Assembly: GCF_963921235.1 (NCBI RefSeq)
Contig: NC_086097.1
Coordinates: forward strand, 49,850,001-49,914,000
From: Mobula hypostoma
Lineage: Eukaryota
Direction of reading: 5' to 3'
Length of the DNA stretch: 64,000 bases
Both the position numbers and the translations under genes were made by a program. Below the pieces are notes generated by a model. The model did not search any database. It saw only the letters and a list, made by a program, of their open reading frames with translations, and was not told the DNA's origin. Positions 25,673-36,992 of the stretch are shown piece by piece. Position 1 is the stretch's first letter; every line of letters begins with the position of its first letter.

Positions 25673-26495
25673 GGTTCAAGGATTCAAAGTACATTTATTA
25701 TCAAAGTATATATGCATAATACAACACTAAAATTTGTCTTTCCCACAGTCACAAAACAAAGAACCGTGGAACTAACCTGTTCAAAGAAAAACATCAAACA
25801 TCAAACCCCCCCACCCCACCACACGCAAAACAAAGCATACAAATGACAACAAAAGAAGGAGCAAAAACAAAATCAAATATTCAGCTCAGTGTTCATTATA
25901 TGCAAGCCACCCTGATTCAAAAATCGCCCAAGAGTAATAACAAAAAAAGAGCCACCAAAACTAGAACACATCATAAACCAGAATTAGAGTGCAAACCTAC
26001 AATCCACATCAATTACACCTTGATCTAGCATAATCCACTGACAGCGTCGAGGGAGAGGGAGATCACTCGAACACGAGGACCTTCCTCCGTGAGCAGCGAA
26101 TGAGAGAGCAAGAGATTGTTATACGCAGACACCTTGGGGTCTGGCAGCAGCGAGTGAGAGGCTGTAGATGGCGCTGAACACTTTCTCACCTTCTACTCCA
26201 CTCAATGATTTCAGTCTTCTTTGGCGCTTTAATCGGCAAGAGATGGAGTTGATCGTGGGCTCCTGGTTTCCTGGCCTCTTTGCTGTATGCTGTGGTCGCA
26301 GCCTTGTGGAACACTCTTGGAGACAGAAAAATGCCAGATCGCCTGATCAGCCTGAAATCACATTGCCAGAATGTTGATTGTGGGCTCTAGTAGTTGCAGA
26401 ACCACATCTGAAATAAAAAGAAGTGAAAAGAATCACTTTGTGACCCATCTTGAGGGTGTCACCTTTTGAAGCATTGTTCGCTGGCGCCATTGTTT
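25673..26495 (-). mobile_element. Non-autonomous retroelement with Rex/Babar-type tail
   Basis: Terminus TTCAAAGTACATTTATTATCAAAG shared with the adjacent Rex/Babar copy; opposite end reads AATGGCGCCAG on the minus strand; no coding remnant recognised. Confidence 0.45.
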
Positions 26496-26518
26496 TGATA
26501 TTGCACTTTCAAATGAAA

Positions 26519-27122
26519 GTTCAAAGTAAATTTATTATCAAAGTGTGTGTATGGTACCATATACTATCTTGAGATTCACTTTTTTGCAGGGAAAAAAGAA
26601 ATACAGTAGAATTTTATGAACAAATACACATTATCAAACTAAGACTGACAAGTAACCAATGTGCAAAAGAAGACAAACTGCAAATAATAAAAGTGCCGAG
26701 AACATGGGTTGTAGTGTCCTTGAAAGTGAGTTTGTAGGTTGTAGAATCATTGTAGAGTAGAGGTGATTGAAGTTATCAATCCCAATTCAGGAGTTTGATA
26801 GTTATAGGGTAATAACTGTTCCTGAATCCAGTGGTGTGGGACTAGAATATATCTCCTGCCTGATGGTAGCAGTGAGAAGTGGGCATGGCCTGGATGGTGG
26901 AGGTCTTCGATGATGGATGCTGCTTTTTATAGCAGCGTTCCACGTAAATGTACTCATTAGTAAAGAGGACTTTGCTGTGATGAACTGGATGGCATCCACC
27001 ACTTTCTGTAGCCTTTTCTGTTCCTGGGCATTGGAGTTTCATACCATCTTCTGAGCATCCATAGAAATTTAGCGAAGTTTTTGGTGACAAGCTTAATCTA
27101 CACAATCTTATAAGAAAGTATA
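26519..27122 (-). mobile_element. Rex1/Babar-like LINE 3' portion
   Basis: Minus-strand remnants LRRLCRLSLSPKT..NFY, IIEDLHHPGHAHFSLLPSGR; tail GTTCAAAGTAAATTTATT. Confidence 0.7.
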
Positions 27123-30100
27123 GTGCTGTTGTGCCATATTGGTACCAATGACATAGGAAGGAAAAGCAAAGAGATCCTGAAGAGAGAATTTAGAGAACTA
27201 AGCAGAAAGCTGAAGAGTGGGATCTCCAGGATAGTGATTTATGGATTTCTACCTATGCCACGTGCCAGTGAAGGTAGAAACAGGATGATTTGGCAGATAA
27301 ATGCAAGGCTGAGAAATTAGTCCAGGGCTTCATGTTCTTGGATCATTGGGATCTCTTCTGGGGGAGTTATAACTTGTACAAAAGGGACAGGTTGCATCTG
27401 AACCCGAGGGGTACCAATATCCTTGCAAACAGGTTTGTTGGAGCTGTTGAGGAGTGTTTAAACTAAATTGCCAGGGGGATGGGAACCAGAGTGAAGGGAC
27501 TCAGGATTGGATGGATGGTAAAACAGCAAAGATAATGTGCAGTCAGATGGTCAGGAAAGGCAGGCAGATGATAAGACAGAATTGCAGCCAACAGGGTGAT
27601 TATCAGTGCATTAGGGATGCAGAATCAAGAAGGGTAGCAAATACAGTACTCAAACTGTTATATCAGTGCGCAGATTATATGAAATAAGGTGGATGATCTT
27701 TTTACACTATGATGTGGTGGCCATCACTGAATTGTGGCTGAAGAATGGTAGTAGTTGGGAGCTGAATGTCCCAGGTTGCACATTGTATCAGAGGGATCGG
27801 AAGTGGTGCAGTTACTATTACAGAGAAGGTGTTCAAAAAACTGGAAGACCTAAGGGTACATAAGTCACCCAGACCCATCCGAGGGTTCTGAATGAGGTAG
27901 CAATGGAGATTATGGAGCCATTAGTAATGATCTCTCAAGAATCATTGGACTGTGCCGTGGTACCACAGGAGTGGAAAACTGCAAATGTAACTCCACTCTT
28001 TAAGAAAGGAGGGAGGCAGCAGAAAGGAAATTATAAACTAGTTAGCCCAACTTCAGTGGTTGGGAAGGTGTTGGAGTCAATTGTTAAGGATGAGTTTATG
28101 GAGTACTTGATGACACAGGACAATATAGAACAAAATCAACATGGTTTCCTGAAGGGAAAATCTTGCCTGATGAACCTATTGGACTTCTTTGAGGGGATTA
28201 CACATAAAATAGATAAAAGTAATGCAGTGAATGTTGTATATTTGGATTTTCAGGAGGCCTTTGGTAAGGTGCCAGAAATGAAGCTGCTTACCAAGTTAAG
28301 AGCCCATGGTATTACTGGCATGGTTAGACTGATTGGTAGGAGGCAGCAACTGGAAATAGAAGGATCCTTTTCGAGTTGGCTGCCAGTGACAAGTGGTGTT
28401 CCACAGGGGTCTGTGTTTGAGCCACTTCTTTTTATGCTATATATCAATGATTTAGGTGACAGAATAGATAGCTTTGTTGCCAAGTTTGCTAATGATACGA
28501 AGATTAGTGGAGGGGTGGGTGGTGTTGAAGAAACGTGAAGGCTTCAGAAGGACTTAGACAGATTAGGAGAGTGGAAAAGAAAGTGGCAAATGAAGTACAA
28601 TGTTGGAAAATGCATGGTCATGTGTTTTGGCAGAAGAAATAAATGTGCAGACTACTTTCTATACGGGGAGAAAATCCAAAAATCTGACATGCAAAGGGAT
28701 ATGCAATGTGAGCATTCATTTCAAGAGGTCTAGAATATAAGAGCTGGGATGTGATGCTGAGGCTTTATAAGGCACCAGTGAAGCCTCACCTTGAGTATTG
28801 TGAAGAGCTTTGGGCTTCTTATCTAAGAAAAGACGTGCTGGTGTTGGAGAGGGTTTAGAGGAGGTTCACAAGGATGATTCTGGGAATTAAAGGGTTATCA
28901 TACGAGGAACATTCGATGGGTCTGTACTTGCTGGAATTTAGAAGGATGAGGGGGGGATCTCATTGAAACCTTTCAAATGCTGAAAGGCCTAAACAGAGTA
29001 GATGTGAAAAGTATGTTTTCCATGGTGGGGGAGACCAGGTGTTACGTACCCCGTAACTGGGTTGCCAAACCAGCAGAAATAGATCACTCAGTTGGAGTCT
29101 GGAGTACTAGAACTAAGAAAGTTTTATTAAAGAAACAAGCAACACAGTAATCGAAAGGATAATAAATGCAACAGTTCAGCGATGATAAACACACATGTGC
29201 ACAGAATTAAGATAACAGCATCAATCAAGCTCTATCGTTGTCTAGGAGTAAATGACCAAATTTCAAAGTGACTCAAAGTTCAGTCCAGTTAGTAGTTCAG
29301 TTCGCAGTAATCGTTGCCATGGCGATGGACAACTTGAGGGAAGAGAGAGATAGAACAGGAACAACTGATCATTGAGAACGGCTTCACTCACAGACCGGCG
29401 AGATTGCTCACAAGCAACTTTTGGGCGGGTCCTTGGTGATGTCACCTGAGGTCACCAACTGTGACCCCTCCTCCAGATGCAGTTGATCCTCTGCAGTGAA
29501 CCCGGCACCCAGGCAAGGGCGGACACACAGGGTTCCCGCTGATCGTACCTTTCCACCCTGGTCGTTGTCTGGTACTTCTCACCCACTCGTGAGAGGCGCA
29601 CCGCTTCCAGGGTCTCGTTACCTCGGGTGGCGTGTGTCGCCTTAGCGAACCTGTCCCTTTTTATCCCCCTGCTGGGGTATCGCCTGTCCACCACTTCAAA
29701 CAGTTCAGGGTTCAAAGGGGGAGCCGCTCCAGACAGCTCTCTCTCCCACGTCCCTTCATTACACATCTCCAGACGCTGCTCCATTGTTCCTTATCTCTCC
29801 TTCCCCTGAGGGCAGGTGGCAGACCACTTGCTGATGTCACTGATGCTAACACAGGCCAGCAAACATCTTAACTTTATGTATATTCTCGTAACACAGGAGA
29901 AGAGGGCACAGCCTCAGGTTAGAGGGGCGTCAATTTAAAACTGATGCGGAGAAATTTCTTTAACCAGAGGGTGGTGAATTTGTGGAATTTGTTACCACAG
30001 GCAGCTGTGGAGGCCAGGTCATTGGGTGTATTTAAGGTGGAGATTGATAGGTTCTTGATTGGTCATGGCATCAAAGGTTATGGGGAGAAGGCCAGGGAAT

Positions 30101-30185
30101 TGGGCTAAGGAAGGGATAAAAGGGATTAGCCATGACTGACTCAATGGGCCAAATGACCTAATTCTACTACTATGTCTTATGCTCT
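27123..30185 (+). mobile_element. CR1 LINE (ORF1 esterase part, deleted endonuclease, RT, 3' end) interrupted by a solo LTR
   Basis: HIGTNDIGRK (ORF1); 211-aa RT stretch WKTANVTPLFKKG..QHGFLKGKSCL..YLDFQEAF..GVPQGSV..FANDTK; 3' end ~30185. Confidence 0.9.
29040..29893 (-). mobile_element. Solo LTR (854 bp), Gypsy- or retrovirus-like; orientation tentative
   Basis: Terminal inverted repeat TGTTACG...CGTAACA; 4-bp TSD CAGG (29036-29039, 29894-29897); CpG-rich; CR1 resumes on both sides. Confidence 0.85.
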
Positions 30186-30391
30186 AAAAAGTATTATTCC
30201 ATGAGAAGGCAAACCTTAGGGACTGCGTACTTGGTGAAGTGAGCAGCAGTGTCAATTTTGAATAAACCTTTTAGGAAAGTACTTGTTTCCAAGATTTGGA
30301 GATGTGTTTAATTAAATTGCAAGAGCAAAAGGAGCTAGATTGGCTCTTTCTTGAAGTATTTTTATAATTTTTCTTCCTTAACAAATTTCAC

Positions 30392-30450
30392 ATTCTAACA
30401 TGTATATGTTGGAAAAAAGTACTCACAGAGTTCCTGAAGAAGCCCTAAAG
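30392..30450 (+). CDS. CEP170B: CEP170B-like coding exon 4
   Basis: AC|(D)SNMYMLEKSTHRVPEEALK|GTAAGT; 59 nt. Confidence 0.93.
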
Positions 30451-30532
30451 GTAAGTAGAACTCAGCCATCATAAAAATCAAAAAGAAGGAAAAAAATGCA
30501 AACTCATCTTTTTTTCTTTTGTGCCTTGATAG

Positions 30533-30674
30533 CATGAGAAATACACCAGTCAGTTTCAGATACACGTGAAAGCAGCAGAAGATAAGAAAGTGGAACCATC
30601 TGATATCGTGCAGGACCACTCAAGTACAAAATTGGAGTCGCCAAGGCAAAATCTTGAAAAGACTGAAAAGAAAG
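30533..30674 (+). CDS. CEP170B: CEP170B-like coding exon 5
   Basis: TAG|HEKYTSQFQIHVK...KTEKK-G|GTGTGC; phase 1 (an in-frame alternative GT lies 6 nt downstream). Confidence 0.85.
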
Positions 30675-31623
30675 GTGTGCGTATTTGTTATTCTTTGGCA
30701 ATGTAATAGATGTCACTCCTCCCTTCTGTACTAGTTGTTAATATAACAATATTACATTTATTGCTTTAAAACTTTGGGTGGATTGAAATAGATGAGATGT
30801 TGTAATCCACTCAATTTCAAAATGTTTTCTATAGGAAAGGATCATGAGGTTTACTTGCAATGCCTGTTATCGTTAAGGTAGAATTGAGATTTGTTATTTA
30901 CGTTTTGTAATGGTAATTCTAGTAACCTGCACTGCAGCTTTAGCTTGGCCTACAAGCTCAATTTATGTTCATGTAGCAGCTATATTACCAATTCACTGTG
31001 CAGTGGTGCAGAATAAATGTACAGAGAACAAGAACATCTCTCAATACTTTAAGAATGCTGGCTCTTTACATCTCCATATGTGTCAAAAAAGAGGGGTAGG
31101 TCAGCAGCCAAAAGGCTTTACTTCGCTACTGCAGAAGATGCTTGTCATCACTTTACTGCATTTGGGGTACTAGTTTTGCTTTTCTGTAGCTGAATCTGGA
31201 TGAATTATGAGCATGTCTTTATGTAGTAATCAGGAAATATGGATATTATTCCCATTTTGGATTCCATATGACCTCAGTTCCATAACTCCTCAATATGGCC
31301 TGTTCAGAATTTCCCTGATTCCCTGGCAATTGCGCAGGCTACTGCTGGTGTGAGTTCTCCTCCCACTCTTCAGTGCTCCACCTTAGTTGCATTATATCAA
31401 CGCTGAGTACTGTATCAAGAGAATTAATTCAGAATGTATATTCATATCCATGAAAAAGAAAAAATAAAATATGAATTTGCTCTGCAGTTACTTGGAGGTA
31501 AGCAAGCAGATAATATTAAGTCAATTTAGCATGATGGTCTTTAATGCAAAGACATTGCTGTACAAATATAAGTCATACTTGTGGCAATGCTATACAGCTT
31601 TGGGACAACTAATGGAAAAGCAT

Positions 31624-32220
31624 AAACACGAGGAATTCTGCAGATGCTGGAAATTCAAGCAACACCCGTCGAAGTTGCTGGTGAACGCAGCAGGCCAGGC
31701 AGCATCTCTAGGAAGAGGTACAGTCGACGTTTCGGGCCGAGACCCTTCGTCAGGACTAACTGAAAGAAGAGCCAGTAAGAGATTTGAGAGGGGGAGGGGG
31801 AGATCCAAAATGATAGGAGAAGATGGGAGGGGGAGGGATGGAGCCAAGAGCTGGACAGTTGATTGGCAAAAGTGATACGAGAGGATCATAGGACAGGAGG
31901 TCCGGGAAGAAAGAAAAGGGGGAGGGGGGAAAACCCAGAGGATGGGCAAGGGGTATAGTGAGAGGGACAGAGGGAGAAAAAGGAGAGAGAGAGAGAAAGA
32001 ATGTGTGTATATAAATAAATAATAGATGGGGTACGAGGGGGAGGTGGGGCATTAGCAGAAGTTAGAGAAGTCAATGTTCATGCCATCAGGTTAGAGGCTA
32101 CCCAGACAGAATATAAGGTGTTGTTCCTCCAACCTGAGTGTGGCTTTATCTTCGTCAACTGTACCTCTTCCTAGAGATGCTGCTTGGCCTGCTGCATTCA
32201 CCAGCAGCTTTGATGTGTGT
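31624..32220 (-). mobile_element. Young Penelope-like insertion with a short inverted arm
   Basis: Perfect 14-bp TSD TAATGGAAAAGCAT (31610-31623, 32221-32234); minus-strand pseudo-LTR plus endonuclease end; inverted arm 32153-32220. Confidence 0.92.
31721..31758 (-). ncRNA. Minimal type I hammerhead ribozyme motif
   Basis: Minus strand TAGTC-CTGACGA-AGGGTCTCGGCCC-GAAAC-GTC-GACTG. Confidence 0.78.
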
Positions 32221-34637
32221 TAATGGAAAAGCATGGGCACTTTGGTCTCTGGACCCAAGAAAGGTATACACTGGTGAACTACTTATTGCAGATTCATTAA
32301 TGCACTCATGGTATTGCAGTCTAAATACTCATAGGTATATGCTACCAAGAAGACATCTGTTCAGACTACTCTTTGTGGTGTCAGGAACTGGCATGGAGCC
32401 CTGCTGTCACTCCCACCAAGTTGTGGGTCAATGAGATCATGTTTCATAGATACAGGAATGTAACAACAGAGGGCAAGGATTTGTAGCAGGTACCCAGGAT
32501 AACAACACTATCGGCAATGCATTTCCCTATAAATAATGACCATTCTTAGTACCTGCACCATTTGCCCTTCTGTCTTTAAGGACACCCCCTGGGTGGTAAG
32601 CAAGGTACCAGTGTATTTGCCTTGGAGGTGTTGTATTGCAGATTGACTAGATGGGTTTCTGGGTTGGGGGAGGTTGAGTTTGAAAAGTGGAAATTTAGAA
32701 GAAGGGGAATTGATCTCGTAAAATTTTGAGAGAGATCGAGAGGTTAGATGTTGAGATTCCTCTGGCTGGGCAATTTAGAACTAGGAAATGCAGAGTAAGA
32801 GACGAGTAAATTAAGAATGAGTTAATTCAATCAAAGAATTATGATTCTTTTGGATTTGCCTACTTAAATAATTTGTGAATGCTGAATTCTTGAGACTGTT
32901 TAGCAGATTTTTGGACACTGATCCAATGGATATGGGGATTGGCTGGGAAAATGTATGAGATAGAGTATCAGTTATGATTCTGTTGATTGATGGTATAGGC
33001 CTAGCTTCTATTTGTGTTCTTGTAAGTTGAATTTTCACAGATTAAGTGCTGCATCTTTAAGTGCCTCTGAAATACATAATATAGTCAATTTATATCAAAG
33101 AATATTTTATTTTAGCTACAGAGTTCCTAGCTTACACAAATACGCTAACAATTCAGTTTTAATAATACTTCCTGACATTGTGATAGTAGTAATATTACCA
33201 TATTAATCTCTGTGGCTGTTTCATTGGCTATAAAGGAATTCTACTGTAGCTGAATCAATTCCAGAATATAAACTAAAGCAACAAAATGTAGATTAAGAGA
33301 TATGTTGCAATTTATTGTCACTCTGACGAACCTATGGCACAAATGCCCGAGGTGGCACACGCAAAAATTTTGTTGCCCCGTGATATGCAGTGCTGCCTCT
33401 CATTTCTTTAAACTTAACTTTTTTTGTGAATAGGTTTTTTAATCTGTTGATTTCAATCTGTCCCTGTTATACTTTTAGTAATAGTAAAACCTGTTGCTGC
33501 AATCATGCAGAACTTTATTAAGATTATTATTGGAGTAAGTGTCACATACAGTTTTGGTCTCCTTTTCTAAGAAAGGCTATGTTTGCCATAGAGAGTCTGG
33601 GGAAAAGGTTCACTAGACTGGGATGGTAGAACTGTCCTAAAGGAAGTGATTGGATCAACTGAACCATATTTAATAGAATTTAGGAGAATGAGAAGGGATC
33701 TGTGCTAGCCAAGGCCTCATCTCCACCCACCTGCCTTTTCCTCATGGCCCTTAATTCCTCTACTATGCACCCCATAACTCTTAATTCCCATACTATGCAA
33801 GGGTCTCAACCTGAAATGTCAGCAGTCCATTTTCCTCTACAGATGCTGCCTGACTGGCTGAATTCCTCCAGCAGCTTATTTTTTGCTCACTAAGCTTAAT
33901 TGATGGGGAAAGTTATCCAGCCAGCTCTACTCTGGGCAGTTTAACATTATCATAAATTTGCATTGTATTTTAAAAGAAAAGGTTATTTGATTATTATGGT
34001 GTTGTTCTGGGATGTTGTGCAAATGGGAAATTGTATTTCCTGCATGCATTACAGCAGTGACTATACTTCACAAGTACTTTGTTGGTTACAAAACATAGAA
34101 GGAATCTTAAGATTTAGTAGAGTAGATATTCATGATAGTTCCAAAATTTATTCCGTTGGAAGTCCATGAAATGAAATTGGAGACAATACAGTGTGCGATT
34201 GCACAGTGCATTTAGTGCCTCTAAACCAGGTAGATTTTCTCGTAAAGTTAAATTACCAACTAAATACCAAGTTCAGTTGTATTGTACTATATGATTTTCA
34301 TTTAATATTTCAAGCAATCAATGAAGCTGCCTGTTGCATAAATTATATTACTGTGAATTAAATATAGAACTGATTTAAATATTTCAGCTAGTAATTATAG
34401 AGAATACAGATGTAACTCTGAATTATATTCAGACCATTTTAATGGAAAGAAATTAATTTTCCTGTATGGTACAGGTTGACCACCGAAAATCCGGAATGAT
34501 TGGGACCTGTGCAGTGCTGGATTAATGATTTTGACAAATCACAGGTGGTTAGGTTAGTAGGCGATTTTGTCCGCATTGTAGAACTGCTCAGGACTTAAAT
34601 TTTCATCAGAAACTTAACTTAGCAAACTCATCAATAA

Positions 34638-34795
34638 CAACCAAACAACAGGAATTCTGCAGATGCTGGAAATTCAAGCAACACACATCAATGTTGCTGG
34701 TGAACGCAGTAGGCCAGGCAGCATCTCTAGGAAGAGGTACAGTCGACGTTTCAGGCAGAGACCCTTCGTCAGGACTAACTGAAGGAAGAGTGAGT
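34638..34795 (-). mobile_element. Short Penelope pseudo-LTR insertion nested in the Tigger element
   Basis: 13-bp TSD AACTCATCAATAA (34625-34637, 34796-34808). Confidence 0.88.
34740..34777 (-). ncRNA. Minimal hammerhead ribozyme motif
   Basis: Minus strand TAGTC-CTGACGA-AGGGTCTCTGCCT-GAAAC-GTC-GACTG. Confidence 0.7.
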
Positions 34796-36838
34796 AACTC
34801 ATCAATAAACTCAGCAGCTGTTTCCTTCTCTGCTGACTGTTTTTCACCATACATTGCACAAAATGTTATGCCATGCCGTTGTTTGAAATGCTGAAGCCAC
34901 CTTCACAATAATCACATTCATAATCCATTCCTCATTCTTTATGAAATTATTTCACTTGTTTCTTCACCATCTCTCCCGACCATTCTACATCTTTGCTGGC
35001 ATGGAGTTTAAATCACTTTATGAGAACTTTATCTAGTTGTGAACTCCTTCCATCTTTCATTGTTTTCCTTATGCACATCTGGTATTTTTGATTCACTATC
35101 AGCAAAGAACTGGAGCAACTTTTCTTTTTGTTTCTTTATATCAGAAACTGTGGAAGAGCCAATGTTATGCAAGTTGCATATGTGTTTCACATAAACACCA
35201 CTGACGAGTTTTTTCTAGAACTTCCACCTTATCTTGTATAGTTAATGTATTATGTTTGCGCTTTACGTGAAAAGCACTTCCTTTATTCAATGAAGACATG
35301 ACTGGGGCAAGATAAGCACAGGTTACAAAAATAAATGCAGAATACACAAGGGAATGACTTGCTTCTTTTAAAGATCTTGCAAACAGCTAATTCTGCTAAT
35401 AGCGCCACCAAAACAATGCAGATGAATTGGCGCGGCGACAAAGGAAATTTGAAATTAGGCTGGCAAAAATTATGCCTGAATCAGTGGTGCAACCAGATTA
35501 CTGATTCCCGGATTCAAGGTGGTCAACCTGTATAAGCTTTTTCTGTTGAATACTTTATGTAGTTTCAGTAAATATCTTAAAATTCTTCTGCCATTGCTTG
35601 ATGGGAAACTCGGGACATTATACTGATAGAGGACCTGTTTTGTGGGTATACTATAGGTCTCATTTTCTATTATGTTTTGGTGAACAAGTTGCTAATGCAT
35701 TTGAGCTTGGCCTATGTGCAGACAGTGCTTTTGCACGTGCATGCCTAAGCATAATACTGATGTGGGAGTGACTTGGATTCTGAGTGGAAGCAGTGTAGGT
35801 TGAATAGTTTCCAGTTTGTGCATTAGATTAGCTACATTCCTTTGGGAAGCCTCTCACCTGAGGTGATGTGCTGCATTATGTGAGAGTGAGAAAATTGTGA
35901 TAGATTTTCTACTAAAGCTTCAACAGGTGTCTTTTGCAACTTAAAACTGATTGAAGAAACTCACTAAACTGGTCTGCCTTGTTTAATTTGTGAATGAGTT
36001 TAAAACTACACAGTTAAAACTGACTTCAGTAATTATTTGTTAGTATATTTTGGTCACTGTGCTTCATATGTAAGGCTCAGACAGTAGGAGTATTAGTTTT
36101 TTAAGTAGGCATTAAGAACATGCTTTGATCTCTTTTTCCTGAGTAATTCCTTGCTATGACAGAGATGGGAATAAGTTGGCCTATTTCTGGAGACGTGAAT
36201 GACAGGCCTACCCTTTGTAGATGGCTGAATGCAGTTAGGCTTTCAATTCTGTGATTTTGGCCTGGAGTGTGTTCTGAGGTTGGTCTATTTATTGTGCTGA
36301 TGGGGTTGAATGATTTTTGCATAGAAAACATGAGATTGGCATTTTAAATCATGGATCAATCTTGGGTCACAAGAAAAGGACATCTATGCCTGTGTTAACT
36401 CTAAAAAATATTTATATATAACAATAGAAATTTGCAGAGGTAGCCATTTGGCCCATATTATCTCCAGAGGTCAAAGAAGTCCCATTCAGTTTGTTATTAT
36501 ATTCTGTTTATGCTCTGTAACTGTGTAAACTGCTTCATAGTTTACTTATGAAGATATTTTTCAGTTCCTCTCTGCTCCTTGTGGTGTTTGATTTAAATCT
36601 GTTGACTTCCAAGGAAAACAGGTCGTACCTATACACTGTACATAGGTCTCTTGTATGATTCAACTAAATTAACATTCAGTTACTTTTGTCCAAGGGAAAT
36701 CTTTACAGTCAATCCATTATTTCCTCATATTTAAAATTCTCCAGTGCTGATAGCATCCTCATGAAGCTGCTATGTGTGTTCTCTCCACTGTGAACATGGG
36801 TGTTTTATACAATTTTAGAATGACTGCCTTATAGCCTA

Positions 36839-36992
36839 GCAACACACACATAAAATGCTGGTGAACGCAGCAGGCCAGGCAGCATCTATAGGAAGAGGTA
36901 CAGTCGATGTTTCGGGCCGAGACCCTTCGTCAGGATTAACTGAAAGAAGAGATAGTAAGAGATTTGGAAGTGGGAGGGGGAGATCTGAAATG
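36839..36992 (-). mobile_element. Short Penelope pseudo-LTR insertion with slightly mutated hammerhead (36901-36938)
   Basis: 9-bp TSD TATAGCCTA (36830-36838, 36993-37001); motif TAATC-CTGACGA-AGGGTCTCGGCCC-GAAAC-ATC-GACTG. Confidence 0.85.

Larger units (their letters stand above)
34472..35530 (-). mobile_element. Tigger/pogo-type (Tc1-mariner) internally deleted DNA transposon
   Basis: TIRs CAGGTTGACCACC...AATCCGG at both ends with TA flanks; minus-strand CENP-B-like HTH remnant KRKHNTLTIQDKVEVLEK..IGSSTVSDIKKQKEKLLQF; no DDE region seen. Confidence 0.88.

Noticed and set aside
27903..28538. 211-aa reverse transcriptase ORF as an active element
   Set aside because: Catalytic motif altered (FANDTK), frameshifts on both sides and endonuclease deleted; a dead CR1.
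35600..36400. Non-repetitive intronic block that might be a conserved element or alternative exon
   Set aside because: No convincing splice-site pair or recognisable peptide; needs cross-species alignment.
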